64,000 bases of DNA, taken from Tolypothrix carrinoi HA7290-LM1. GTDB taxonomy: Bacteria > Cyanobacteriota > Cyanobacteriia > Cyanobacteriales > Nostocaceae. Position numbers and translations under genes: made by a program. This document shows positions 8,331-18,079 of the stretch, one piece after another; the first letter of the stretch is position 1; every line of letters begins with the position of its first letter. Under the pieces are notes generated by a model. That model ran no database searches. It saw nothing but the letters and a program-made list of their open reading frames with translations, and had not been told where the DNA came from. The stretch is from NCBI GenBank assembly GCA_019358935.1, contig JAHHIK010000038.1, forward strand, positions 1 to 64,000. The letters are read 5' to 3'.

Positions 8331-8355
8331 AGCAGCATTACCATGTATTACACCG
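8082..8355. promoter_or_regulatory. Four copies of the 15-bp palindrome CCnTGTAwTACAnGG
   Basis: Copies at 8082, 8115 and 8148 (33-bp spacing, intragenic) and at 8341 (just upstream of the ATG). Confidence 0.55.
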
Positions 8356-8414
8356 TTATTTTAGCCGAATAGCGCACGGGCTACCATAGCCATAGCTGAA
8401 AAAGATTATCCAAA

Positions 8415-8601
8415 CAGGCAGAGGGCAGGAGGCAAGAGGCAGGAGGAAATCCTGTTTCCTGCTCTCTGCCCGCGACCGCTCGTGTGCAAGGATTTAAGCA
8501 CAAAGCCAAATTGAAATTTGGTGGCTCTCCCAACAGGAGGGGTTTGAATCCTATAACTGAATAAAACCTTCTGCCTTCTGCCTTCTGCCTCCTGCCTCCT
8601 T
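8415..8601. repeat. STRR-armed inverted element (GGCAGRA / TCTGCCT)
   Basis: Heptamer arms in inverted orientation around a unique core. Confidence 0.6.
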
Positions 8602-8785
8602 CAATCTATTTTTTCTACCTAGGCATATAATAGACAGTTGCTTTCGGTTCTAGAGACTGTAATGGTGATATTGAATGTGCGCTTTGGCGAGGACACAGAA
8701 ATTAGCCGCAGGGCGATCGCATAAACATAAAACGGCTATGAAGCAATACCTGGTTGACCTACGTGGATGTGAATACTTGCTACTC

Positions 8786-8817
8786 TTGTAGAGACGTTCC
8801 AATGGAACGTCTCTACA
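8786..8817. repeat. REP-like palindrome TTGTAGAGACGTTCCAATGGAACGTCTCTACAA, possible terminator
   Basis: Perfect hairpin just downstream of the 8830 ORF. The same family begins at about 63985. Confidence 0.6.
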
Positions 8818-8829
8818 ACTCCTAACTCG

Positions 8830-10092
8830 TTAAGGATAGGTGTAACCATTAATCTTAACTCCACCATACTGTCCTGCTGACAGGGGAGGAACTGTAAGAT
8901 TAGACTGAGATGATTGAGTTTGCGGCAAGCTGGGATAAGAATTGCCATTACCATATCCTACTTGGTTACTTGGCTGGACAGTACCTTGATTTGGAGCCTG
9001 GGGAGAGTATGGTGCAATATTATTCGGTGCAGCATAAGTTACCGGCGATACCGTTGATGTTGGTGTTACTACGCTCGGCAATGGCTGAACATTATTAAAA
9101 TTACCGTAGTAATTTTGCGGCTGATTGGTTACTATTGGATTTTGGTAATTTGTCCCAGGCTGAGTACCAGAGTTAGTGTAGTAATTTTGCGGCTGATTCG
9201 TGACTGTTGGCTGATTGTAACTTGTCCCAGGCTGAGAACCAGGGAAATTTGTGTAATTATTTTGCGGCTGATTCGTGACTGTTGGCTGAGTGTAAATTGT
9301 TGTCGAGATGGGATCGTTGGGGTTTGTATTCAACTGAGTGTTTGCAGAGAAACCGCGATTGGGTAAATCGTTGCTGGGTAGCGATCGCCCAATAGGACTT
9401 GCAAAGTTAGAAGTAGTATTATTTATTGACGGGTTCTGTGTCGAAGAGTTGATTGCTGTTTGTAAAGCGCTGATTGGGGCAGGATTTTGATTATTATTAA
9501 TTTGATTGGGCGATCCAATCCCTAAGTTAGAGGAACTTCCTGCTATACCTGGTTGATATGACGATGTATCTGTTGACTTGACACCAAATAACTGGCTACC
9601 AGTATTAGCAGTCCCGGCTTGCAATAAAGTTTCTGCTTGTGCCACAAAAGGATTTGTCACGTTTGAAGCAGGTACATTATCAACTATTCCCCCAGGATTT
9701 GACTTAGCATTTTTAGCAGCTTCCTGCTGTTTGCTAATTAAATCATCTAATAAGCTTTTGCTGTTATTGTCTTGACTTTTTTCCTTTCGCGTGCTGGGCG
9801 CTATAAGAAAATTTGATTGTTGAGCGTCATTAATCAGTACTGGTAAATTATCAATATCAGCTGCGATCGCTCTATCTTCATCTGAAAGAGATGAATCAGC
9901 AGGCTTTGGTGTAGCAGCTTGCTTATTATTTTGCAAAAACGTTAAAAAATCTGGGTTTGCCCAATATTCTCGAATGAAGAGCCCAAGCACAGATAAAAAT
10001 ATAGCTGTTCCCCAAAAAGCCGGTCGTCCTAAATTCCATAACCTGGCTTTGAGGTAACGTAAGTAAGCGGGGGGATAACGCTGAGGTGACAT
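8830..10092 (-). CDS. Hypothetical membrane-anchored protein with N/Q/P-rich low-complexity tail
   Basis: ATG at 10092 (MSPQRYPPAYL), one TM helix, and internal QPTVTNQPQN repeats. Confidence 0.75.
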   Translation of the reverse strand: MSPQRYPPAYLRYLKARLWNLGRPAFWGTAIFLSVLGLFIREYWANPDFLTFLQNNKQAATPKPADSSLSDEDRAIAADIDNLPVLINDAQQSNFLIAPSTRKEKSQDNNSKSLLDDLISKQQEAAKNAKSNPGGIVDNVPASNVTNPFVAQAETLLQAGTANTGSQLFGVKSTDTSSYQPGIAGSSSNLGIGSPNQINNNQNPAPISALQTAINSSTQNPSINNTTSNFASPIGRSLPSNDLPNRGFSANTQLNTNPNDPISTTIYTQPTVTNQPQNNYTNFPGSQPGTSYNQPTVTNQPQNYYTNSGTQPGTNYQNPIVTNQPQNYYGNFNNVQPLPSVVTPTSTVSPVTYAAPNNIAPYSPQAPNQGTVQPSNQVGYGNGNSYPSLPQTQSSQSNLTVPPLSAGQYGGVKINGYTYP

Positions 10093-10561
10093 GGGCACTC
10101 GAATCCTTGAATTTAAATTTACTGCAAAAAGCGCAAAACTTTCCAAAAATTCAAAACCGAGCTTTCAAGAGTGCATTCAGACTAAGGCGTAGCAATTTTC
10201 ATAAGTGAAAATATAATTTTTCAGCTTAGAAATCAAGTCTGAACTTAAGGAAATTTCTCACTTGAAGTTGCATTGTAATTTAATCCTAACGTTTCCACAG
10301 TCCTGCGTCATTAATAATGCAGATGCATTCGCTGAGAAACTTTACTTTTTTTTCACCTTATCAGATTCTTTCGCGAACGGTTCACTGGATGACTTGCACA
10401 GCAGAGCGATACAAAAGTCAAGTTATTTATCCTCGGTTTTGCGCCTTGGTTACTTTGGATATCATCTAAAGTTGAAAGCTGCTCTAACTTTATTGTTGTG
10501 GGCGAGAGTTGAGCAATGCGCGATCCTACCGTACCATCCTATTTAACGGGAGGCTATAGCA

Positions 10562-11200
10562 ATGATGAAAGCTGAAGATATCATGACCAAGGACGTAGTT
10601 ACCATTCGCGGTTCGGCGACTGTAGCCGAAGCTGTGGAACTGTTGAAGAAAAAAGGGCTGCGGGCGCTGGTTGTGGATCGCCGCTATGAAAATGATGCCT
10701 ATGGTATTGTTACTGAAACAGATATTGTCTACAAAATAACAGCTTACGGCAAAGACCCCAAAGCAGTGCGGGTTTACGAAATTATGAGCAAGCCTTGCAT
10801 TGTTGTCAATCCCGATTTGGGTGTGGAATTTGTAGCACGGTTGTTTGCCAATACTGGTATTCGCAGGGCACCCGTGATTCAAGGCAAGTTGTTGGGCATT
10901 ATCTCAATTACTGACATCTTGACAAAAAGCGACTTTGTGGACTCTCCCAAAGGACTTGTGCTTGAGGACAGAATTCAAAAAGCGATTGAAGATGCTCGTG
11001 CTATTTGTACAGATCGAGGTGCTTATTCTAAAGCTTGTGCTGCCGCTTGGGATGAAGTAGAAGAACTCCAAGCGGAAGCGGCTCATCAAAAAGCTGAAAG
11101 CATGGTATCAGCTAAAACTTCTTTTGAGGAATATTGTAGGGAAAATCCTGATGCTCCGGAATGTCGGAACTACGATCCTAAAAGTTCATTTTTCCAGTAA
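10562..11200 (+). CDS. CBS-pair / CP12 fusion protein
   Basis: Two CBS domains followed by the CP12 core AWDEVEEL with both Cys pairs (C..C and YCRENPDAPEC). Confidence 0.9.
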   Translation: MMKAEDIMTKDVVTIRGSATVAEAVELLKKKGLRALVVDRRYENDAYGIVTETDIVYKITAYGKDPKAVRVYEIMSKPCIVVNPDLGVEFVARLFANTGIRRAPVIQGKLLGIISITDILTKSDFVDSPKGLVLEDRIQKAIEDARAICTDRGAYSKACAAAWDEVEELQAEAAHQKAESMVSAKTSFEEYCRENPDAPECRNYDPKSSFFQ

Positions 11201-11259
11201 ATCTTAAATTTGTAAGGTGCGTTACACTGCGTTAACGCACCGTAATTCTACGATCAAGT

Positions 11260-12441
11260 TCATCGTCGGGCAGCTCGCATCAATAAGAATATACCTGTGC
11301 CTAAACCAATAAAATCTGGCAACCAAGCAGCCATAAAGGGAGAGAGAACATTTGCCTCTCCTAAGGCACTAGTAATAAAACCAAATAAGTAGTATGAAAA
11401 AATAACTATGACACTAATACCAAAACTGGTTCCTCGCCCGGTGCGCTGTGGTATGGTTCCCATCGCAGCACCTACTAAGCCAAAAACTACACATACAAAG
11501 GGCAAGGCAAATTTTTGTTGAATCCGAATTTTCAGTTTGCGAATTTTTTTATCATCACCGCCGAGGCGTTCTAGTTCGAGTTGTTCTAGCGCTTGAGCGA
11601 TATTCATTTGGTCGTAATCTTTGCTTTTTTCTGCTAGTTCAAATGCTGTGCGAGGCAATTGTAATTGTTGCTGTTCAAACCGGACAATATTGCGATAAGA
11701 ACTATCAGGAGCTACTAAATAAATCGTACCTTTGTAAATATTCCAGGTGTTTTCTGATGGATTCCATTCGCCGGAATCTGCAACGACAATTTGACTTAAA
11801 CCTTGCTGGGCTTTCTGCTCGGAACGATCTATAATTGTCAAACCTTTAAAACGCTTGCCATCAAATTGATCGGCGTAATATAAGCGTGTGAGAATTTTTT
11901 GCTTTTTACCATCGAGTTGCTTCACATCTCGCTTTTCTGCATAGAGGAAGTTATCTTGTTTGGCAATAGGTGGCTTGTCCGATTTTAATGCTTTTTCTAA
12001 GGTAATAGCTGCTTGGTAACTTGCTGCTGGTGCAATTTCCTCGTTGAAGGCAAATGTCAATCCCGTAACCAGCAAACTTAAAAACACCGCAGTTAAAACC
12101 ATGCGATAAACACTGACGCCACATCCTCGCAGAGCAATCAATTCGCTTTCGCTAGAAAGACGACTGTAAGTCATCAAAGTAGCTAGCAGCGTAGACATGG
12201 GAAAGGCTAAAACAATGAACTTTGGCAGGGTTAATAAAAAAACTTGGAGTGCAATTCCTACTGGTAGCCCGGATTCTACTATTTTTCTCACCAGTTCAAA
12301 TACAGCATCAATTGTGACACCAATTGATGAGAATGCTCCGACACCAAACAAAAATGGCGGTATTAATTCGCTGGTGAGGTAGCGATCCATGATGGAAAAA
12401 GGCAGCAGCGAATTTAGGGTATAAAAAGGCTTGTATTTCAT
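11260..12441 (-). CDS. LptF/LptG family LPS export permease
   Basis: MDRYL...PFLFG and SELIALRGCGVS motifs, YjgP/YjgQ topology, adjacent to lptB. Confidence 0.9.
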   Translation of the reverse strand: MKYKPFYTLNSLLPFSIMDRYLTSELIPPFLFGVGAFSSIGVTIDAVFELVRKIVESGLPVGIALQVFLLTLPKFIVLAFPMSTLLATLMTYSRLSSESELIALRGCGVSVYRMVLTAVFLSLLVTGLTFAFNEEIAPAASYQAAITLEKALKSDKPPIAKQDNFLYAEKRDVKQLDGKKQKILTRLYYADQFDGKRFKGLTIIDRSEQKAQQGLSQIVVADSGEWNPSENTWNIYKGTIYLVAPDSSYRNIVRFEQQQLQLPRTAFELAEKSKDYDQMNIAQALEQLELERLGGDDKKIRKLKIRIQQKFALPFVCVVFGLVGAAMGTIPQRTGRGTSFGISVIVIFSYYLFGFITSALGEANVLSPFMAAWLPDFIGLGTGIFLLMRAARR

Positions 12442-12503
12442 TATTAGTCAGTAGTTATTAGTCATTAGTCATTGGTCAAAGACAAAGGACAAATGACACA
12501 TGA

Positions 12504-13232
12504 CTAGACCTGGAAGTTATCGCCTAAGTAATATTGCCGAACTAACGGGTTATTATAAAGTTCTTCAGCAGTACCTGCGGCGAGAATTTGCCCCTCGCGC
12601 ATGATATAAGCGCGATCTGTGATGGCGAGAGTTTCGCGGACATTGTGATCTGTGATGAGGATACCCATGTTGCGATCGCGCAATTTTGCGACAATATGCT
12701 GAATTTCGGAAACGGCGATCGGATCGACTCCGGCAAATGGTTCATCTAAAAGCAAAAATTTTGGTCCCGAACGCCCAGCCGCCAAAGCTCTCGCCAATTC
12801 CGTCCGGCGTCGCTCACCCCCAGAAAGTTGAATTCCTTTACTGTTAGCTACTTTTTCCAAACGCAACTCCCGCAGTAAATTTTGTACTCTCCCTGACCAT
12901 TCTAATCGTGGCACATTGGTTTGCTCTAGTACTAAAAGAATGTTATCTCGCACACTCAAGGCGCGAAAAATACTCGCTTCCTGCGCTAAATAGCCAACAC
13001 CCATTCGCGCCCTTTTGTGCATTGGCATCCCAGTAATATTCTGGCTATCTAACCAAACGTTTCCTTGATCGGGTTTTTCTAAACCTGTGGCAATATAAAA
13101 TGTGGTTGTCTTACCGGCTCCATTCGGACCGAGTAAACCGACGATTTCCCCTTGGGCAACAGAAAGGTTAACGCGATTGACAATAACTCGCTTGCCGTAA
13201 GATTTGTGAACGTTTTCTAAAACAATTTTCAC
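12504..13232 (-). CDS. lptB: LPS export ABC transporter ATP-binding protein
   Basis: GPNGAGKTT, YLAQEASIF, LSGGERRR, DEPFAGVDP. Confidence 0.95.
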   Translation of the reverse strand: MKIVLENVHKSYGKRVIVNRVNLSVAQGEIVGLLGPNGAGKTTTFYIATGLEKPDQGNVWLDSQNITGMPMHKRARMGVGYLAQEASIFRALSVRDNILLVLEQTNVPRLEWSGRVQNLLRELRLEKVANSKGIQLSGGERRRTELARALAAGRSGPKFLLLDEPFAGVDPIAVSEIQHIVAKLRDRNMGILITDHNVRETLAITDRAYIMREGQILAAGTAEELYNNPLVRQYYLGDNFQV

Positions 13233-13262
13233 GAGTGTTGTACCCTTTCTAAGCGATTATTT

Positions 13263-13757
13263 CTAATTAGAACGCTTGAAAGGCGGTGTTTTTGGTGCGG
13301 GTGCAGCAGATGGTGCGTTAACGTTGGCATCGTTCACCAAATAGATTGATTCTACCTGGCGATTGTTTTGCGGTAATGCTACAAATCGTCCTTCGTCAAT
13401 TAGATATGTAACTTTCTCTGCTCTGATGCTATTAGCACCCTGTTGCAAAATATAAACGTTGCCACTGAAATCGATGCGGCGTTCTTTGCTAAAATATTGA
13501 GCCTGGGCAGCTGTGGCTTGAATTTGCCGAGCCGGATAAACCATTTGCACGTTACCCCGCGCTGTTACTACTTGCGTTTTGGCGTCGTATTCTTGGATAT
13601 CAGACTTAATTTGCAGCGGGCGTCCTTGTTGTCCAGAAGTTTGTGCTGTAGCGCTTTGCAGTTGGATGGGAAAGACTATAGTTCCCAACACAACTGGTAA
13701 CATTAAGGCTAATCCAAAGCGACGCATGTGTAATTGAGGCAATTGATACCAGGGCAT
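13263..13757 (-). CDS. lptA: LptA/OstA family protein
   Basis: Signal peptide, ARGNV and SGNV beta-jellyroll motifs, operon with lptB. Confidence 0.85.
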   Translation of the reverse strand: MPWYQLPQLHMRRFGLALMLPVVLGTIVFPIQLQSATAQTSGQQGRPLQIKSDIQEYDAKTQVVTARGNVQMVYPARQIQATAAQAQYFSKERRIDFSGNVYILQQGANSIRAEKVTYLIDEGRFVALPQNNRQVESIYLVNDANVNAPSAAPAPKTPPFKRSN

Positions 13758-13819
13758 GATAGTAATTTAGGATTTAAGATGAATTTGATTTTTACTTTAA
13801 TTATCTTAAGTGTTTTATT

Positions 13820-13866
13820 GTAGTAAGCACTAAAGTGCTTATATTAAGCACTGAAGTGCTTACTAC
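13820..13866. repeat. GTAG-type REP doublet (REPIN-like); relatives at 29814-29861, 42179-42213 and 54955-55000
   Basis: Nested inverted structure GTAGT.AGC.CT..AG.GCT ... AGC.CT..AG.GCT.ACTAC. Confidence 0.65.
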
Positions 13867-14189
13867 GAAATAAAAAGTAACGCAGTTTTAGTCGTGTCTG
13901 AGATAAAATACACAATCTAGACTAGTTGTGGATTAAACGCTGGCTAAAATTCTTGACGCTTTCTAAAAGCTCATTGTTTCGCCATTACACATCTTTTTGA
14001 GGAGGGGAAAAGGGAAAAGGGGACTCATGGCAAGAAAGAAGAAATATTTCTTTCTGCTCAAAAAAGCTCAAGAACAGCTCTCTCTTGTCCCCTTGTCACG
14101 CCACTTTGCACGGGCGGAGGGAACCTCCGCACCTTTCATGTGGCTCCCCTTGTCCCCTTGTCTCCTTGTCCTCCCTGTCCTCCTTGTCC

Positions 14190-14591
14190 CTAGTCCCCTG
14201 ATTCAGTAACGATTAAAATCTTGGGTAAGGTCAAGGTTTCATCTTCACCTAAGTTACCAGCGGTAATTTTGTCCGCTCCGGCTTTTTGTAATGCACTCAA
14301 CAATGCCGCACTCTGATATAATAGTTCGTCAACATCAATACCGCTGTATGTTGATGGGTAACGTCGCAGGCGATTGCTTCCTTCTCCCAATAAAATTACT
14401 GCACCTCGCCAGTTACGATTACTCAGATGATACAAGGCTACAGCAATTTGTAAAACGCCTTGATAAAAGCTTTTTTCTGGCTCTGATGCTTCGATCCACA
14501 GAGCCTCTAATGTATCGTGACAGGCGTAGAACTGTCCAGAATTGAACTGTTCTACGCCTTGCCAAAAGTCGTTGGGGATGCTTTCCATCAA
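14190..14591 (-). CDS. DUF309 domain protein
   Basis: FN.GQFYACHDTLEALW...YQGVLQIAVALYH. Confidence 0.85.
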   Translation of the reverse strand: MMESIPNDFWQGVEQFNSGQFYACHDTLEALWIEASEPEKSFYQGVLQIAVALYHLSNRNWRGAVILLGEGSNRLRRYPSTYSGIDVDELLYQSAALLSALQKAGADKITAGNLGEDETLTLPKILIVTESGD

Positions 14592-14953
14592 CCCATGCTG
14601 TCTCGCACTTGTTTGATTGTTTCTAAAGTAATTTCTTGCTTTTCACCGGCAAACTCGTTGTCTGAGGTAAGAAACAGCATACAATGGCATTCTTTGCGTT
14701 CTCGCATCGGTACACAAGGACAGTTCCAAAATGTCGCGCTTACCTCAGCTGCTTTGTCTTCGTAGTGACGACAAGGACACAAAGGCGCCCCTAAGTCGTC
14801 TTTATGCTTGGCAAGTCCTTCAATTACAACTGCGGTTACAGAGGGTTCAGAACAGAAGTAGGTTCCAGTACGCTTGGCGTATTGTTCGGAAAAATGGCGC
14901 ATTGCCTCTAAATTTTTATCACTGGATTTTGTGTTAACTTCTGGTCCGATCAT
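14588..14953 (-). CDS. ftrC: Ferredoxin-thioredoxin reductase catalytic subunit
   Basis: CPCRHY, CPCVPM and ECHCMLF Fe-S / disulfide motifs. Confidence 0.95.
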   Translation of the reverse strand: MIGPEVNTKSSDKNLEAMRHFSEQYAKRTGTYFCSEPSVTAVVIEGLAKHKDDLGAPLCPCRHYEDKAAEVSATFWNCPCVPMRERKECHCMLFLTSDNEFAGEKQEITLETIKQVRDSMG

Positions 14954-15197
14954 AGGAAGGAGCGTCTCATAATTTAAATATTTCTTTGCATTGTACCTCA
15001 GCCTCAGTGAGCTATTACTGGGGGGATTTCCCCATTCTCAGGTTTTTAAGTTTGGTTAAGTTTTTCAATAGGCTTGCTGGCATCGGCAAAATCTGCAATA
15101 TCATCGAAGTTTAACAAAGCAAGGTAGATTCATTACTTTTTAATTTACCCAGTAAAGAGTTCCCAGTAAAGAGTCCCCAGTAAAGAGTCCCCAATCC

Positions 15198-16328
15198 CTA
15201 GTACCCTGTTTGCAGCTGGGGTTGCAGTGGGCGATCGCTTTGGATAATAATTCCTGGATAATCCCAATTTACGGTTGACGTATTCTGCCACAGCACCCAA
15301 CGACTACCATTAGGAAGTCCGGCGATCGCCGGATTTGGAGTTAGCCAAATTAAAGGCTTATTAGGCGCTTTTGCGATACTATCTTCTCCTGCATGAGTTG
15401 CGGCTAAAGTTTCCAAAACCATCTTTTCCCCTTTGACTAAATCTGTAGCTGCTGTCCACAGTTGCACTTGCATTTGTTGCCTTTGTGCGTAAAAATACAG
15501 CGAGGCTGCGGCAATCACCGCTTGTTCAAAGTTATTTTCTTCCCAAGTTGCAGCACTATCTAAGGCAATAATAATATCTTGTCCGTTTGTAACTTTTTCT
15601 AATTCGCGTATCCGTAATTCTCCGTAACGGGCGCTGCTGCGCCAGTGTATGAGACGGATAGGATCGCCTGTGCGGTAGGGGCGAAGCGATCGCGTTAATC
15701 CAGCTGTGGCTGTTTGAAAAGGTTTACCACGCGGATCGCTTTTTATGCTATCATCTTGCCCGATTTCGTCTACTAAAGGACAATTGGTGAGGGGTAACAC
15801 AGTCGGGTAAACGATCGCTTTTGCCGCACATTCATGCTGACGCCGACACCAAAACAATCCTAAAGGCGCACCGGTAGCCAGTTCGACTGTCTGCCAGCGA
15901 TAAACACCCCGGCGCACAGTTGGGCGATCGTATACCCAATTGTAACTAGTTTGGCTGTGAATCGTTTCGATTGGCTGGTGTATTGGTTTGCCCAAAACAA
16001 TCGGCAAGATATCCTCGACTTGCAGCAAGTTAACAGGCTGTTTTGTGTTGTTGCGGATTTCTAATTCTACCGTAAGTTCGTCGCCTGCGGAAACGGGGTT
16101 GATGAAACGACGTTTGACAACTAAACCGACAAGCGATCGCTGCGGTAAAAAAGCCGCGACAATTAGCAGGGCAAAACTCACCCCACTAATAACATACAAC
16201 CAACCAGCCATCGTATTGATAGCAGCACCAAAAAAACAAATCGCAATTCCCGCTAGTACCCAACCGCTATATGTAGGGGCACAAGCGCGGATTTCTAGCC
16301 AGTTGGTGATGGGTTTAATAATTTTCAT
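15198..16328 (-). CDS. DUF58 domain protein
   Basis: LRPYRTGDPIRLIHWRSSAR motif and N-terminal TM helices. Confidence 0.9.
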   Translation of the reverse strand: MKIIKPITNWLEIRACAPTYSGWVLAGIAICFFGAAINTMAGWLYVISGVSFALLIVAAFLPQRSLVGLVVKRRFINPVSAGDELTVELEIRNNTKQPVNLLQVEDILPIVLGKPIHQPIETIHSQTSYNWVYDRPTVRRGVYRWQTVELATGAPLGLFWCRRQHECAAKAIVYPTVLPLTNCPLVDEIGQDDSIKSDPRGKPFQTATAGLTRSLRPYRTGDPIRLIHWRSSARYGELRIRELEKVTNGQDIIIALDSAATWEENNFEQAVIAAASLYFYAQRQQMQVQLWTAATDLVKGEKMVLETLAATHAGEDSIAKAPNKPLIWLTPNPAIAGLPNGSRWVLWQNTSTVNWDYPGIIIQSDRPLQPQLQTGY

Positions 16329-16477
16329 AGTTTCCTTTTTAACCCAACACCAGGCAAAATTCACAGTATTTGGGCATTACCCACCTTGCTTATTTGCAAC
16401 CTTATTTTGGTGGTTTGCATCTATAAATTTGTAATTGTATATGATGAAATTATGGAATGTAGGTAGAAGGTAAAAAT

Positions 16478-16921
16478 ATGACAATTACTACCAACTTAAA
16501 ACAACTCTATGAAAGCGATGAGAATTTATGGTTAGAAGAAACTATTGAATTATTAAAAGAAAAACAGTTTAACCAACTTGATTTAGAAAACTTAATTGAG
16601 AAATTAATCAGTTTGGGGAAAAGAGATTTAGCTAAAGTCAAAAGTATTTTAAGGCAAATTATTATTCATATATTATTACTTGAATATTGGCAGGTAGAAT
16701 ATGAAATAAACTATCGTCATTGGATTGGAGAAATAAAAACCTTTAGATATGACTTAAATAATCATTTAACGACGAATTTAATAAACAAGTTACAGGATGA
16801 TTTAGAGAATATTTATCAAAGTGCGGTTGATTTTGTGAAAATTAAAACAGATTTAACTATTTTTCTAGAAAAGTGTCCTTACACTCTTGTACAATTATTA
16901 GATGAAAATTATTTACCTTAA
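16478..16921 (+). CDS. DUF29 family protein
   Basis: LYESD..LWL...LDLENLIE...CPYTL.QLLD..YLP. Confidence 0.9.
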   Translation: MTITTNLKQLYESDENLWLEETIELLKEKQFNQLDLENLIEKLISLGKRDLAKVKSILRQIIIHILLLEYWQVEYEINYRHWIGEIKTFRYDLNNHLTTNLINKLQDDLENIYQSAVDFVKIKTDLTIFLEKCPYTLVQLLDENYLP

Positions 16922-17318
16922 ATATATCAGTCTTATCTGATTTTTGTGAAATGAAAGCGGTATCGAGCGATCGCACTGTAAATCTATGCTAGGGTTTGGC
17001 GATCGCTTGGTGAAATCATTGAAACCTTGGTTTTGATTTATGAGGTGATGACACCTGAAGAGATGGTGGGACGTGTCGAGTTTGTGTGAAACGAAAGCAG
17101 CTTAAGCCCCTTCATGATTTGCGGTGAAGAGCGATCGCTTCAAAGAACAATAACTTGTCAACTGCACTCTCATAAAGTGTTGGATTGCTGGCTGCGATGT
17201 CTACTTTAAGGGGCTAAAACTACGCGCTTGGCTTACGCCGTTATGGAATTGATGTCACAACAAGCGATGATGTGGAATTACGCATATGTTATGCGGTTGG
17301 CGCTTTCACTAAGTTTGA

Positions 17319-17585
17319 CTACACCTTGTGAGCTTCTGCATAAATCCGTAGTGCCGCAGCCATTTTCTTTTCATAATCCTCGCCTTGAGATTGGAACCAA
17401 GCCAGCGTGTCGGGATCTACTTGGACAAGAACATTCAGTGGTGTTACCGGCTTCCACCACCGTGACTTACTGAAAAACTCCTCAGTTAACGGAGGAATAT
17501 CAGATGTGTCGATTTCCTCCTCTGTGAGTGAGTCAACTTTGTCCCAGTTCGTCCTTGAGGAATTGTTCATAGCGTTTTCGTTCAT
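17319..17585 (-). CDS. brnA: BrnA-family antitoxin
   Basis: IDTSDIPPL and VDPDTLAWF...YEKKMAAALR. Confidence 0.85.
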   Translation of the reverse strand: MNENAMNNSSRTNWDKVDSLTEEEIDTSDIPPLTEEFFSKSRWWKPVTPLNVLVQVDPDTLAWFQSQGEDYEKKMAAALRIYAEAHKV

Positions 17586-17826
17586 AAGGCAGAGCTTTGC
17601 GAAGTGAAATAATCCGGATTGTTTGTTCGTCTGGTTCTGTAAAAACTACAACCACAACACGTCCATCAAGTATTCCCAGCCCAATCCATCGATCCTCCCC
17701 GTAGTTTTGCCGTTCATCTAGGGAAATACGGAGTGGTAGATTGAACACTCTAGGCGCATCTGCAAAATCAAGTCCATGCTTTGCAATATTTGCTTGGTTC
17801 TTTTGCTGATCCCACTCAAATTTCAT
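17533..17826 (-). CDS. brnT: BrnT-family toxin
   Basis: FEWD..KN..N..KHG.DF...RIISLRKA...ER..Y. Confidence 0.9.
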   Translation of the reverse strand: MKFEWDQQKNQANIAKHGLDFADAPRVFNLPLRISLDERQNYGEDRWIGLGILDGRVVVVVFTEPDEQTIRIISLRKALPYERKRYEQFLKDELGQS

Positions 17827-18079
17827 ACCTTAATTTTACTGTATTTTCACCATGCGCCTCAAGAACTGATGCGCTTGTGATAACTGACTTATAAAAGTGA
17901 TGACACCTGAAGAGATGATGAGACGTGTTGAGTTTTATGAAATGAAAGCAGCTTAACTTGGCTGTAGGCGATCGCAGACGGCTTACTTAACCATAGTATT
18001 TTACATCTGCGGGAGATAAGGATGGAATGCGATCGCTTCTCACTGAAAAATTGGGAAGTTAATATGGCTATACCGACAC

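Larger units (their letters stand above)
17045..17956 (+). repeat. ~60-bp direct repeats (17045-17105, 17897-17956) flanking brnTA
   Basis: GTGATGACACCTGAAGAGATG...GAAAGCAGCTTAA in both copies, with a partial third copy near 16941. Confidence 0.75.

Noticed and set aside
17190..17310. Integron attC site downstream of brnA (GCATAAC / GTTATG motifs)
   Set aside because: I could not build a paired R''-L''-L'-R' hairpin, and no integrase is in the window.
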